Origin: an uncultured cyanobacterium
GTDB taxonomy: Bacteria > Cyanobacteriota > Cyanobacteriia > PCC-6307 > Cyanobiaceae
DNA: 64,000 nt
Direction of reading: 5' to 3'
Assembly: GCA_963765575.1 (NCBI GenBank)
Contig: CAVXWZ010000011.1
Coordinates: 288,001-352,000 of the forward strand
Part shown: in pieces, positions 10,529-20,386 of the stretch
How the letters are laid out: every line of letters starts with the position of its first letter
Position numbering within the stretch: position 1 is the first letter of the stretch
Notes under the pieces: generated by a model
The model's input: the letters and a program-made list of their open reading frames with translations, nothing else
What the model was told of the DNA's origin: nothing
Databases searched by the model: none
Program-made: the position numbers and the translations under genes

Positions 10529-11419
10529 TCACGGGGCGGGGATGGTGGGTTCGTAGCCGAACAGCTCGAAGTCGCTGCGGTAGAGGCGGGCAATGATCTG
10601 CCGCTGTTCGGCTCCATAGGCGTCCTGGAGCTGGAGAGCGGCGTTGGTGGTGGTGCCGCGGCGCTGGCTCGGCGCCGCGGCCTGGTGCCCGAACAGGCGC
10701 TGCAGCACTTCGGGCAGGTCGTGGTCAAGTGCCTCCACCCGGCCGATGAAGTCGAAGCGACGCAGGGGCAGGCAGAGGATGCCGGCCTGGGGTGCCCAGT
10801 GCATGTCGAGGTGGAGGCCACCGGCCTCCAGAAATCGGCAGAAGCCCAGGAAGTCACCCGGCTGCCCGTGCCGGTGGGCCCAGGCCAGGAACCGGCGGCC
10901 CTGATGGCGCAACCGCCCCACCTTGTCGAGGTAGGCCGAGAGCACGCGACTGAAGGGGTTGCGCACGAAGGTGAACACAAAGGCCTCGCGGTCGAGGCGA
11001 GCGACTTCCCGGCCGGAGAGGAACAGCGGGCGCAGGAACTGGTGTTTCGGGTCCGGGCGGCGCGGATGCCGGCGGCGGAAGCAACTGTGCTCCGCCAAAG
11101 CCGCCACGACGGTGGTATTGGCGGCTTTGGGGATGCGGCTGTAGAAGAAGGGTTCGGCCGGCGAATAACAGCCGCGGGGATCGAGTTTGAACAGATCCAT
11201 GCGCCCCGTGTAGGGGTAACGCCGGTAGAACGGTGTCAAAATCTGCGCCGCGCGATGCCAGAGGCCCCGCCCCAGTTGCACCGGGCCGCCGCCGCCGCCG
11301 CCGCCGTTGCCGCCGTTGCCGTCGCCGCCGCGACCTGGACCCGGCGCCGGCATGGGGGAGGGCATAGGCGGCAAGGCTGGCAGGGAGGGGGACCCTAGGC
11401 AAAGGGCCGCCCCGTTCAC
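10529..11419 (-). CDS. sulfotransferase family 2 (HNK-1/CHST-like) protein
   Basis: RIPKAANTT (5'-PSB), FVRNPFSRVLSAY (3'-PB), HWAPQ, FDFIGRVE, YRSDFELFGY; start uncertain, Gly-rich N-terminus. Confidence 0.85.
   Translation of the reverse strand: MNGAALCLGSPSLPALPPMPSPMPAPGPGRGGDGNGGNGGGGGGGPVQLGRGLWHRAAQILTPFYRRYPYTGRMDLFKLDPRGCYSPAEPFFYSRIPKAANTTVVAALAEHSCFRRRHPRRPDPKHQFLRPLFLSGREVARLDREAFVFTFVRNPFSRVLSAYLDKVGRLRHQGRRFLAWAHRHGQPGDFLGFCRFLEAGGLHLDMHWAPQAGILCLPLRRFDFIGRVEALDHDLPEVLQRLFGHQAAAPSQRRGTTTNAALQLQDAYGAEQRQIIARLYRSDFELFGYEPTIPAP
11285..11330. repeat. GCC-rich trinucleotide tract encoding poly-Gly
   Basis: Run of GCC followed by GTTGCCGCC-like units; encodes GGDGNGGNGGGGGGG on the minus strand. 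Confidence 0.75.
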
Positions 11420-11434
11420 AATGTCCTGATCCCC

Positions 11435-12175
11435 GTGCAGCCGCCCAGCCCCTTGCCTGTGCCCAGGTCCCAGACCGGTGATTCAGCTTCGTCGCAGGCT
11501 CGGCTGCCGAGGGTGGTGGCGGTGGGCTTCAACAAGTGCGCCACCCGCAGCCTGGCCCAGCTGTTTGCCCGTGCTGGCCACCGGGTTGTGCATCAGAAAA
11601 TCGCCGCTGGCTGGATCGCACGATTGTGGACAACACGCAAGATCGGCCGCTTGATGCGCCTGAATGTGGATGCTGGTCGCCCTGTGTTTGCCGGTGTCGA
11701 AGATTATGTATTTTATGGTGATCTGATCGACAGTAGTGACCGGGAAAGTTTTGACGGAAATACTCTGTACCGCCGCATTCTTGATGATTATCCCGACACG
11801 ATTCTGTTGCTGAACTGGCGTGATCGGGAAGCCTGGATCCACTCCCGGCTGCGCCATGGCCACGGTGAATTCGCGGTCCGTGAGTGCCGCCTCAGGGGGC
11901 TGGCCAGCCTCGACGACCTCGCTGCTCTCTGGCGGCAGGAGTGGGATCAGCACCTGGCGGCGGTGCGCTCCTTCATGGCCGCTCGCCCGCAGCAGCTGAT
12001 CGATTTCCAGCTCGACCACGACCCCATCGAGGACCTGGTGCGTCGCCTGCCCGCCTACGGCCTCAGGGCCGAGCACTTCAGCGACATCGGCCGCAGCCGT
12101 GATCGCCAGCTTCCCAGGTGCGTGGCCCTGCTCAAGCGCTGGTGGTCGCATCAGCGGCCCCGGAGCTGGCGATGA
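11435..12175 (+). CDS. sulfotransferase-domain protein (Sulfotransfer_4-like)
   Basis: VGFNKCATRSLAQLF (G.[PN][RK][TC][GA]T.SL motif) and YPDTILLLNWRDREAWIHS. Confidence 0.75.
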   Translation: MQPPSPLPVPRSQTGDSASSQARLPRVVAVGFNKCATRSLAQLFARAGHRVVHQKIAAGWIARLWTTRKIGRLMRLNVDAGRPVFAGVEDYVFYGDLIDSSDRESFDGNTLYRRILDDYPDTILLLNWRDREAWIHSRLRHGHGEFAVRECRLRGLASLDDLAALWRQEWDQHLAAVRSFMAARPQQLIDFQLDHDPIEDLVRRLPAYGLRAEHFSDIGRSRDRQLPRCVALLKRWWSHQRPRSWR

Positions 12176-12933
12176 TCCTCAGCCATCGCCACCGCTTGAT
12201 CGTGCTGCACTGCCGCAAGGCAGCCGGCAGCTCCATCTGTGTGTCCCTCGCCCGGCTGCTGGGCCCAGCCGACCTCCAGCTCAGCGCCATCGTGGACACC
12301 CTGGGCCAGGGGATTCCGCTCACCAGGCGGGTGCGGCGGGAAGCCTGGCGCCACAACCCGGCAGCCCTGGCCCTGGCCAGTGGTCTGGGCCCTCGGATGC
12401 GGGCCCGGGCCCTCGGGCGCGCCATCGACCATGCCTACCGGCCGCTGCTGGGCCGCAAACCCCCCCACGCCCCTGCCCGCATGGTCGCGGCCGCCTTTCC
12501 CAGGGAGTGGAGCTCCTACCGGAAGCTCGCCGTGGTGCGCAACCCCTGGGACAAGACCGTGTCCGATTACTTCTGGCGCATCCAGCGGCTGCGTCGCCCG
12601 CCCAGCTTCTCCAGCTATGTGCAGGCGCTGGCGGCCGGTGATGACCTCGGCGGCGTGGTGCCGTTGGCCTTCCATGACAACTGGCCGATGTTCACGATTG
12701 ACAATCAGGTGGTGGCCGACTCCATCGTGCGCTTCGAAGCGCTGCCGAGCGATCTGGCCTCAGCCCTGCAGCTGCTGGCCGTGGACTGGGATGGTTGGCT
12801 GCCCCGCTCCAAGGCGGGCCATCGACCGGCAGCCGACCGCTCGGACTACCGAAGCCACTACAGCCCGGATCTCGAACGCCTGGTGGGGCGGCTGTACCGG
12901 GCCGAGATCGAGCAGTTCAACTACCGCTTCTGA
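12172..12933 (+). CDS. sulfotransferase family 2 protein
   Basis: MILSHRHRLIVLHCRKAAGSSI, VVRNPWDKTVSDY, IVRFEAL, DYRSHY, EIEQFNYRF; ATG overlaps the upstream TGA. Confidence 0.85.
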   Translation: MILSHRHRLIVLHCRKAAGSSICVSLARLLGPADLQLSAIVDTLGQGIPLTRRVRREAWRHNPAALALASGLGPRMRARALGRAIDHAYRPLLGRKPPHAPARMVAAAFPREWSSYRKLAVVRNPWDKTVSDYFWRIQRLRRPPSFSSYVQALAAGDDLGGVVPLAFHDNWPMFTIDNQVVADSIVRFEALPSDLASALQLLAVDWDGWLPRSKAGHRPAADRSDYRSHYSPDLERLVGRLYRAEIEQFNYRF

Positions 12934-13826
12934 GCAGCAGCCGTCGCCTGCTCCAGGAACCGGGCCGCGGCATCGTCGGTCACCACCTGCCGCTCGATCA
13001 GGCGCACCGTGCGCATCACCTTGCGCCGGTAGGCGCTGGCCTTGGAGCGCAGATTGGGCCCGCGTTGGATCTTCTGCTCCAGTTCCTCGCCTGAGCGGGT
13101 GTAGTAGTGATTGAGCTGCAGATGATCGGCGCTGTAGAAGGCCGCCCGTGTGCGCTTGCCCATGCAGGTGGCCTCGCCGCGATCATTCCAGGTGAGGTCA
13201 CCCTGGTCCACCTGCATGCGGTGCACGCGCACCGCGGTGAGATGGCACGGGTCAACGACACATTTGAAGTTCACTCCGCGCATGGGATCGGCTGCTCGCA
13301 AGCGGTAGTTGGCCACGACGCCGCCCGGCGGGGCCCGGTGGTGGCCGCAACGGCCGAACATGTGCCAGGGCAAGGAGAGATTGCGCACCTGGGGGCCGAG
13401 ATGGGCGAGGGCTCGATCCAGACTTTCAGCCTGTTTGGGCACCAGGAACTCATCGGCATCGATGAAGGCCATCCAGCGGAAATCGCCACCGAAATTGGCC
13501 GCCGCATGGGCATAGGCCAGCACCTGGTTGTGAATCTCGCGGTGCAGGGGCAGATCCGTGAGGCGCTGGCGCCAGGGGACCACCCGCAACTGTTCGGATC
13601 CCAGTTCCCCGGCCAGCCTGGTGACGGTGGCATCATTGCTGCCGTCGTCGTAGACGATCACCTGGCGGGCGCCGGCGAGGCGATGGAAGCGCGCCCATTC
13701 GCCGATGTGGCGCGCTTCGTTGCGCACCACCAGCACCAGGGCGACGCCGTGGCGGTGGGGGGCCGGCTGGGGTGGGTTCAGCCCCAGCCGAGCCACCTTG
13801 GTGCGCTGCAGGATGGCATTCAGCAT
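12921..13826 (-). CDS. glycosyltransferase, GT92/GT2-like (GT-A fold)
   Basis: VRNEARHIGEW..FH, YDDGSND, WMAFIDADEFL DxD motif, LNHYYTRS. Confidence 0.85.
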   Translation of the reverse strand: MLNAILQRTKVARLGLNPPQPAPHRHGVALVLVVRNEARHIGEWARFHRLAGARQVIVYDDGSNDATVTRLAGELGSEQLRVVPWRQRLTDLPLHREIHNQVLAYAHAAANFGGDFRWMAFIDADEFLVPKQAESLDRALAHLGPQVRNLSLPWHMFGRCGHHRAPPGGVVANYRLRAADPMRGVNFKCVVDPCHLTAVRVHRMQVDQGDLTWNDRGEATCMGKRTRAAFYSADHLQLNHYYTRSGEELEQKIQRGPNLRSKASAYRRKVMRTVRLIERQVVTDDAAARFLEQATAAAQKR

Positions 13827-13921
13827 CAGCTTTCCTGCCCGGTCCCGGCACACCGGGGGGCGACGCCATCGCCCCAGCGAGCAGTTCCATCCGAGCGGTG
13901 AAGCTGCAGGAGCTCGTTCGC

Positions 13922-13966
13922 CAGCAGAACCGTTGGCAGCAAAACATTTGGCAGCAGAGTGCCATG
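13922..13966. repeat. imperfect 15-bp tandem repeat x3
   Basis: CAGCAGAACCGTTGG / CAGCAAAACATTTGG / CAGCAGAGTGCCATG. Confidence 0.6.
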
Positions 13967-13992
13967 AAAAAACCGGGACCTTGGGGTCCCGG
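13967..13992 (-). terminator. intrinsic terminator of psaD
   Basis: CCGGGACC/GGTCCCGG stem with T6 tail on the minus strand. Confidence 0.85.
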
Positions 13993-14015
13993 CGGGCTGA
14001 ATGGCCTGGCTGCGA

Positions 14016-14447
14016 TCAGGCGTCGTAGGTGTTCCGGCCGCTGAACTTGAGGTTGGCGGGATTGGGGTTGGCGCCGATGCTGCGAGGGGTGTGGCCCACC
14101 ATCGGCCGGCCTTCGTTCACCTTCTCGGGGAACACACCATCCTTGGGGTGGAGATATTCCGTGTCACCACCGGGATAAATCCGGTAGATCTTGTAGTCCT
14201 CAATCCTGGGCTTGAAGCGAGTGCGCAGCTGGGTGCCGAGGGCCAGGCATTGCTCCTTGCGGGCGAAATACATGATGTTTTCGCCTTCGCCCATCTCGGC
14301 CGCGCCACCGGTGGGAAGCTCGAAGACTTGGGCCTTCGGGCTCGACCAGGTGATCGCGTATTTCTCTTCGGTTTCTGCGGAATTCAGCAAGCCACCTGTG
14401 CTGCCGATGTACTTGGGTAGTTGACCGCTCAGCGCCGTTGCTGTCAT
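14016..14447 (-). CDS. psaD: photosystem I subunit II
   Basis: [49 protein letters not shown]. Confidence 0.98.
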   Translation of the reverse strand: MTATALSGQLPKYIGSTGGLLNSAETEEKYAITWSSPKAQVFELPTGGAAEMGEGENIMYFARKEQCLALGTQLRTRFKPRIEDYKIYRIYPGGDTEYLHPKDGVFPEKVNEGRPMVGHTPRSIGANPNPANLKFSGRNTYDA

Positions 14448-14539
14448 GGCTAATTCAGGTGTCGGCAGACTGTATTCAAGCGGAAACTAGCACCGTGGTT
14501 TTGGGGCACAGGGGCCCTGGCCGGCAGTCTTCACACCCG

Positions 14540-16036
14540 TCAACAAATGGGGAAGAACACGGTGAGGCCAGTGCCATCCCGTTCGGTGAGCCGGCCGCCG
14601 AGGCGCTGAAACAGCCGTTGGGTGGCCTGGCGGCTGAGCTGCAGGCTGCCGGTGGTGGGATCCCAGCTCAGCACGGGACCCACCGCCTGCACCCGGGCGC
14701 TGTCGGGATCGGTCCCGGCGCTGGTGCTGGCCGCCTGGCTGCGGCCATCGGCGCTGTCCAGCTGCAGCTTCAGCCGCGCTCCGGCCGCCTGCAGCCTGAG
14801 GCGCACGGTGCTGCCGCTGGGCAGGGAGCGGCTGAAACGATCGATCAGGCCCCCCAGCATCGTTTCCAGCCGAGCCGGATCACTGAGCACCGGCGGCAGA
14901 TCGGAGCTGATCGCCAGTCGCAACTGCAGGCCGCGCCGGGTCAGCTGCCGTTGCCAGATCGGCTCCAGTTGCCGCAGCAGGTCGCTGAGGTCGGTGCGCG
15001 CCAGCTCCTGATCGGCGGCGCCCCCGGGGCCGGAGTTGCCGGGCTGGTTCTGGAGTTCCGCCGCCAGAAAGATCAGGCCGAAGCGATCGATCTGTTCACT
15101 GCATTCGCCGTCGATGTCCTCCAGCCGCTGCCGCACCACCGCTGAGAGGTCGCGGCGGCGCAGCAGCGAGCGGATCAGGGTGCGGATCGTGGCCAGGGGC
15201 GTCCGCACCTCATGGGTGAGGGCCTCCAGCAGCGCCAGCTCACCGCCCACGCCACCGCTGTCAGACGCCCCAGGGCCGGGCTGCACCAGCGGACGCAGGG
15301 TCATGCTCGGGGCCATGGCCGCCAGGCGGTCGGTCAGCCGCGGCCAGAAGCGCTGGCCCAGCTCGGGATCGCTCTGCAACGATCCCAGCGACCGCATCGC
15401 CCGATGCAAGCGCTCGGCACTGGCCGGATGCCCCGCGGCCAGGCGGGCATGGATCAGGGCCAGGGCTGCGCTGAGCACCTCCGGCTCGAAGCGCACCAGC
15501 AGCCGCCGCCGGCGGCTGGGGCCATCGAGGCACAGCGCCACCTGCAGGCTGGGCGTGATCACGATCAGCAGGGGATCGGTGCCGTCGTGGGGCTGCAGTG
15601 GCAGGCGCTCGAAGCCGACACCGGCGGGCCGGGAGGCCCGGCCGCTGCCACCGGGCAGCAGGGCCTGGGGGGCGCGCACCAGCCCCTCCAGCGGCGCGGG
15701 GGTCCACACCCAACCCTGCAGACGGCCCAGCAGCTCGGGCTCGTAGAGGGCCGGCAGCGGCGCCGCCAGCCAGAGCCCGCCGGGATCGGGCCGCGGCAGC
15801 AGAAAGTCGCTCTGCAGGGTGGCCAGGGCCGCCCACCACTGGCGACGCACGGTGTCCTCGTCGTTGTGGCCCGACGGCACGCCGGCCGCGAGGCAGGCTC
15901 GCACCCGCGCCAGGCTCAACCGATCGGCTGAGCCTGGATCGTCGGGCTCGCTGGCCCGGGATGCCGCTGGGGCCATGGTGCGCTCTCCCGATCCAGACCT
16001 ACCAGCGGTTTCTGCCAGGCCGGGGATGGCCGCCAC
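14540..16036 (-). CDS. cytoplasmic sensor histidine kinase with degenerate ATPase domain (Hik34-like)
   Basis: H-box ALTHEVRTPLATIRTL; no clear N/G1/G2 boxes; no TM helix; start could be 15977. Confidence 0.75.
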   Translation of the reverse strand: MAAIPGLAETAGRSGSGERTMAPAASRASEPDDPGSADRLSLARVRACLAAGVPSGHNDEDTVRRQWWAALATLQSDFLLPRPDPGGLWLAAPLPALYEPELLGRLQGWVWTPAPLEGLVRAPQALLPGGSGRASRPAGVGFERLPLQPHDGTDPLLIVITPSLQVALCLDGPSRRRRLLVRFEPEVLSAALALIHARLAAGHPASAERLHRAMRSLGSLQSDPELGQRFWPRLTDRLAAMAPSMTLRPLVQPGPGASDSGGVGGELALLEALTHEVRTPLATIRTLIRSLLRRRDLSAVVRQRLEDIDGECSEQIDRFGLIFLAAELQNQPGNSGPGGAADQELARTDLSDLLRQLEPIWQRQLTRRGLQLRLAISSDLPPVLSDPARLETMLGGLIDRFSRSLPSGSTVRLRLQAAGARLKLQLDSADGRSQAASTSAGTDPDSARVQAVGPVLSWDPTTGSLQLSRQATQRLFQRLGGRLTERDGTGLTVFFPIC

Positions 16037-17288
16037 CGCGGCGTCCCACGGAGGCGCAGAGACCCAGGGCCATGAAGTTCATCAGCATGGCCGAGCGGCC
16101 GTAGCTGAGGAAGGGCAAGGGAATGCCGGTGACCGGACCCAGGCCGATGGTCATGTTGATGTTCACCACCACCTGGAACATCAACATGGTGGCCACGCCC
16201 ACCACCAGCAGGGATTCCTCATCGCTGCGGGCCCGGCCGGCGATCTGCAGCAGCCGCCAGGCCAGGGCCACAAACCCGGCCACCACCAGCACCGAGCCAA
16301 TGAAACCGGTCTCCTCACCCAGGGCGCTGAAGATGAAATCGGTGTGCTGTTCGGGGATGAAGCGCAGCTTCGTGAGCGAGCCGTGCATCAGACCCGTGCC
16401 CCAGAGCTGGCCGCTGCCGATCCCCACGGTGCTCTGGAGCAGGTGGTAGCCGCCGCCCAGGGGGTCCTGGGCCGGGTCGAGGAAAAGCACCAGGCGATCG
16501 CGCTGGTAGTCCTGCAGACCATTGATCCACAGCCAGGGGGTGATCGCAGCGAAGAAGCCCTGCATCCCCACCACGACCGCCACCCCCAGGCGCTTCCAGG
16601 GCAGGCTGGTCCAGGCCCACCAGGCGCTGAGCGGAATCCAGACCAGCAGGCCCCAGGGCTGGGTGCCCGCCACAATCGCCGTGACCAGCGGGGAGAGCAG
16701 CAGCAGCAGCCAGGCACCCGGCATCCCCGACCAGAACAGCATCACCAGCAGCACGGCGCCGAACACCAGGGAGGTGCCCAGGTCGGGTTGGATGAACACC
16801 AGCAGCCAGGGGAGGCTGATCAGGGCCGTGGGCCGGATCAGATCCACCGGACGCTCCACCGGGTGGCGGGCCAGCACCCCCGCCAGCAGCACAAGCGCCG
16901 CCAGCTTGGCGAATTCCGATGGCTGCACGTTGAAGCCGGCAATGCTGATCCAGCGCTGGGCCCCCAGCGCTGTGGTGCCCACGAACCTCACCGCCAGCAG
17001 GCTGGCCACGGTGGCGGCGAAGATCGGCCACTGCCAGCGGGCCAGCTGCTCGAGGGGAATCCGCGCCAGCAGTAGGCCGACCCCCAGGCCCACGGCCGCC
17101 GTGATCCAGTGCTGGTACCAGTCGGCGTAGTCGGCCTGGCGCTGGGTGCTGGCAATCAGGATGCCCGACACGGCGATCATCGCCAGGGGGATCCCCCACA
17201 GCACCAGGTCCACCCCGGCCAGGAGCCGCCGCCGGCTGCGCTGCCGGCGCACGAACAGGGATCGGTGGCGCCCGCTGAGGCTGAACAT
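15999..17288 (-). CDS. rodA: rod shape-determining protein RodA (SEDS)
   Basis: GAQRWI, QPSEFAK, QPDLGT, PEQHTDFIF, GIPLPFLSYG. Confidence 0.95.
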   Translation of the reverse strand: MFSLSGRHRSLFVRRQRSRRRLLAGVDLVLWGIPLAMIAVSGILIASTQRQADYADWYQHWITAAVGLGVGLLLARIPLEQLARWQWPIFAATVASLLAVRFVGTTALGAQRWISIAGFNVQPSEFAKLAALVLLAGVLARHPVERPVDLIRPTALISLPWLLVFIQPDLGTSLVFGAVLLVMLFWSGMPGAWLLLLLSPLVTAIVAGTQPWGLLVWIPLSAWWAWTSLPWKRLGVAVVVGMQGFFAAITPWLWINGLQDYQRDRLVLFLDPAQDPLGGGYHLLQSTVGIGSGQLWGTGLMHGSLTKLRFIPEQHTDFIFSALGEETGFIGSVLVVAGFVALAWRLLQIAGRARSDEESLLVVGVATMLMFQVVVNINMTIGLGPVTGIPLPFLSYGRSAMLMNFMALGLCASVGRRGGGHPRPGRNRW

Positions 17289-17293
17289 GGCCC

Positions 17294-18397
17294 TCAGGCC
17301 GGCAGGGGCGCGAGGGCTGCGATCCGGCTGGCCAGGGTTGTGAAGGCCAGGGCGGTGGCCGATTCAGGCGCCGACAGCACCACCGGCAGTCCCCGGTCGC
17401 CGCCCTCCCGAACCGGCAGTTCCAGGGGCAGTTGCGCCAGCAGGGGCACCCCCCCTTCTTCGGCCAGCCGGGCCCCGCCGCCGCTGCCGAAGATGGCGTA
17501 GCGCCGGTCGGGGGCGTCGGGGGGGATGAAAACGCTCATGTTCTCCACCACCCCGAGCACCGGGATGCCCATCTGCAGGAACATGGCCAGGCCGCGGCGG
17601 GCATCGGCCAGGGACACCTCCTGGGGGGTGGTGACGATCAGTGCCCCGGCCATGGGCACGGCCTGGGCCAGGGTGAGCTGGGCATCACCGGTGCCGGGCG
17701 GCAGATCCACCACCAGCACATCCCGTTCGCCCCAGTCCACCTGGTAGAGAAACTGGCGGATGATGCCGTTGAGCATCGGGCCACGCCAGACCACCGGCTG
17801 GTTCTCGGCCACCAGCAGGCCCATGGACACCAGGGCGATGCCGCAGCTCTGCATCGGCACGAGCACCTGGGAACCGCCTTCGCCGCGCACTTCGGGAGTG
17901 CGGTCGGCCACCCCCAGCATCGTGGGGGCATTGGGGCCATAGATGTCGGCGTCGAGCAGCCCCACCTTGAGGCCAGCCAGGGCCAGGGCGCAGGCCAGGT
18001 TCACGGCCACGGTGCTTTTGCCCACCCCACCCTTGCCGCTGCTCACGGCGATCACGCGTTTCACCCCGGGGATGGGCTGGCGTTCGGGCAACTGGCCCTG
18101 GCCTCCAGGCCCATGGCCGGCGGCGCCGATGGGGGCACCGGAGGGCGGCGCGGCGCTGGGCTGGGCCAGCTCGATCTGCACGTCGTCGATGTCGTCGAGG
18201 GCCAGCAGCGCCGAGCGGGCCCCGTCGACGATGCGCTCCCGCTGGCCCTGGGCAAAGCTCGGCAGGGCCAGGCGGATCACCGCCCGCTGCCCCTGAACCC
18301 TGGGCTCCTGGATCCAGCCCAGTTCCAGCAGATCGCGGCCACTGCCGGCATCCTTCACGGCGCTGAGGGCAACGCGGACCTGCTCTGAGGTGGCCAT
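17294..18397 (-). CDS. mrp: Mrp/NBP35 (ApbC) family ATPase
   Basis: [37 protein letters not shown]. Confidence 0.93.
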   Translation of the reverse strand: MATSEQVRVALSAVKDAGSGRDLLELGWIQEPRVQGQRAVIRLALPSFAQGQRERIVDGARSALLALDDIDDVQIELAQPSAAPPSGAPIGAAGHGPGGQGQLPERQPIPGVKRVIAVSSGKGGVGKSTVAVNLACALALAGLKVGLLDADIYGPNAPTMLGVADRTPEVRGEGGSQVLVPMQSCGIALVSMGLLVAENQPVVWRGPMLNGIIRQFLYQVDWGERDVLVVDLPPGTGDAQLTLAQAVPMAGALIVTTPQEVSLADARRGLAMFLQMGIPVLGVVENMSVFIPPDAPDRRYAIFGSGGGARLAEEGGVPLLAQLPLELPVREGGDRGLPVVLSAPESATALAFTTLASRIAALAPLPA

Positions 18398-18519
18398 CCA
18401 GCGGTGCTGCGCAGAGGGCTGATCCTAGGGGCGTGACAGAGGCTCTCGACCCACTTGTGGAGGGGTTGCGCGGCCTGAAAAGGTAGCCCTAACTCGCACG
18501 CCGATCCGGCGCGGCATCC

Positions 18520-19557
18520 ATGCTTGAGGCCCTCGAGGCTCCACCGGCCCAGTCCCGCCAGCGGGCCCGCGATCTCCTGCTCGGTCTGCAGGATTCCATT
18601 TGTGCCGGCCTGGAGCAATTGGATGGCGAGGGACGCTTCCTCGAGGAGAGCTGGGAGCGCCCCGAAGGCGGCGGTGGCCGCTCGCGCGTGCTCAAGGCCG
18701 GTCGGGTGTTCGAGCAGGGCGGCGTGAACTTCTCCGAGGTGCAGGGCTCCGAGCTGCCTCCCTCGATCCTCAACCAGCGGCCCGAGGCGAAGGGGCACCC
18801 CTGGTTTGCCACCGGCACCTCGATGGTGCTGCACCCCCGCAATCCCTACATCCCCACCGTTCACCTCAACTACCGCTATTTCGAGGCCGGCCCGGTGTGG
18901 TGGTTCGGTGGCGGCGCCGATCTCACCCCCTACTACCCCTTCCTCGAGGACGCCCAGCACTTCCATCGCAGCCTCAAGGCGGCCTGCGACAGTGTCAATC
19001 CCGCCTATTACCAGGTGTTCAAGCCCTGGTGCGACGAGTACTTCTTCCTCAAGCACCGCGGCGAAACCCGGGGTGTGGGCGGCATCTTCTACGACTACCA
19101 GGACCCCGGCGGGGTGCTCTACAAGGGGGGAGACCCCAGCGGCCCGGCCGCCGCCGCCGCTGAGCGGGTGGGGGCGATCGGGCAGAGCTGGGAGCAGCTG
19201 TTTCAGCTGGCCAGCGCCTGCGGCAACGCGTTCCTGCCCAGCTACCTGCCGATTGCGGAGAAGCGCCAGCACACCGCCTACGGGGAGCGGGAACGCCAGT
19301 TCCAGCTCTACCGCCGCGGCCGCTACGTGGAGTTCAATCTCGTGTTCGATCGCGGCACGATCTTCGGTCTGCAGACCAAGGGCCGCACCGAGTCGATCCT
19401 GATGTCGCTGCCGCCACTGGTGCGCTGGGAATACGGCTACGAGCCCGAGCCGAACAGCCGCGAGGCCCTGCTCACCGACGTCTTCACCCGGCCCCAGAAC
19501 TGGCTGGACGACCCTGGACTCAGGGAGTTGTGCGAACCCCACCAGGCGGTGGGCTGA
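18520..19557 (+). CDS. hemF: oxygen-dependent coproporphyrinogen III oxidase
   Basis: [48 protein letters not shown]. Confidence 0.97.
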   Translation: MLEALEAPPAQSRQRARDLLLGLQDSICAGLEQLDGEGRFLEESWERPEGGGGRSRVLKAGRVFEQGGVNFSEVQGSELPPSILNQRPEAKGHPWFATGTSMVLHPRNPYIPTVHLNYRYFEAGPVWWFGGGADLTPYYPFLEDAQHFHRSLKAACDSVNPAYYQVFKPWCDEYFFLKHRGETRGVGGIFYDYQDPGGVLYKGGDPSGPAAAAAERVGAIGQSWEQLFQLASACGNAFLPSYLPIAEKRQHTAYGERERQFQLYRRGRYVEFNLVFDRGTIFGLQTKGRTESILMSLPPLVRWEYGYEPEPNSREALLTDVFTRPQNWLDDPGLRELCEPHQAVG

Positions 19558-20386
19558 GCCGGTCCGGGCTGATCGCGCCTTCGGCCACAGCAGGTTGCGG
19601 ACCGGGGCCGGCCAGCCCGCCGGGGGGGCGGCCGAGGCCCTGGTCGATCGCATCGACAACCCGGGTGGCGATGACGTTGATCGTGGCCTGACGGCGGATG
19701 GGGTCGCGCAGGGCGGCCTCCAGGGTGCCCTCCAGCTTGCCGATCTCGAGCATGCCGATGCCCCGGCGTGGTGCCCCCAACCCCTCGCGGTAGCGCAGCG
19801 GATAGGCGCCGAAGGCCTGGGCCAGGCTTTCGTCGATGCGGCTGGGGCTGCGGTGCAGCGGCGGGATCAGGCCCGAACCCACGCCATCGGGTCCATAGGC
19901 GTCGTAGTGGATCTCCAGGGCATAGCCCCCGGTTCCGGCGTGGCGGCGACCCACACTCCAGTTTGTGCGGGGATCATCCCCGTCGGGGATGGTGCGCACC
20001 AGCGGGTCGTAGAACCGGATCGCCAGGCCCCGCTGCCGGCCGAGAGCCTCCACGGCCTGGGCGGTGAGCAGGTTCCAGTAGAGCTCGTCGCGAATCCCCG
20101 GCTGCATCGGCGACGCCCCGCGCAGGGCCACGGCTTCGCCGGGGGTGCCCGCCCCGGCCATGTTCTGGGAGTCGGCGTGGCCGGCCAGCAGCAGGATGGG
20201 CACCGCCTCGGGCAGGGTCCGTCGGCCGATCCAGTCCTTGCGGTCGTTCAGCCGGCTGCGGGGGCCGGTGAGCGGATCACTCCCGGCCCACCCCGGTGCC
20301 TCGGCGCTGGCGCCCACGCCCAGCGCCAGGCCTGCCACCAGGCAAGCCAGAAGCACGAGCACGGGCCAGCGGCGAACGATCCTCAT
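19520..20386 (-). CDS. exported protein, N-acetylmuramoyl-L-alanine amidase-like
   Basis: Signal-like N-terminus; LLAGHAD, E, LEIHYDA and LEIG resemble Amidase_3 zinc ligands. Confidence 0.55.
   Translation of the reverse strand: MRIVRRWPVLVLLACLVAGLALGVGASAEAPGWAGSDPLTGPRSRLNDRKDWIGRRTLPEAVPILLLAGHADSQNMAGAGTPGEAVALRGASPMQPGIRDELYWNLLTAQAVEALGRQRGLAIRFYDPLVRTIPDGDDPRTNWSVGRRHAGTGGYALEIHYDAYGPDGVGSGLIPPLHRSPSRIDESLAQAFGAYPLRYREGLGAPRRGIGMLEIGKLEGTLEAALRDPIRRQATINVIATRVVDAIDQGLGRPPGGLAGPGPQPAVAEGAISPDRLSPPPGGVRTTP

Noticed and set aside
10447..10980. 178-aa N-terminal extension of TrpE (and similar extensions of ppc, gshA, cpcB, psbB, dprA in the ORF track)
   Set aside because: Extensions overlap neighbouring real genes or leaders and lie upstream of the conserved N-termini
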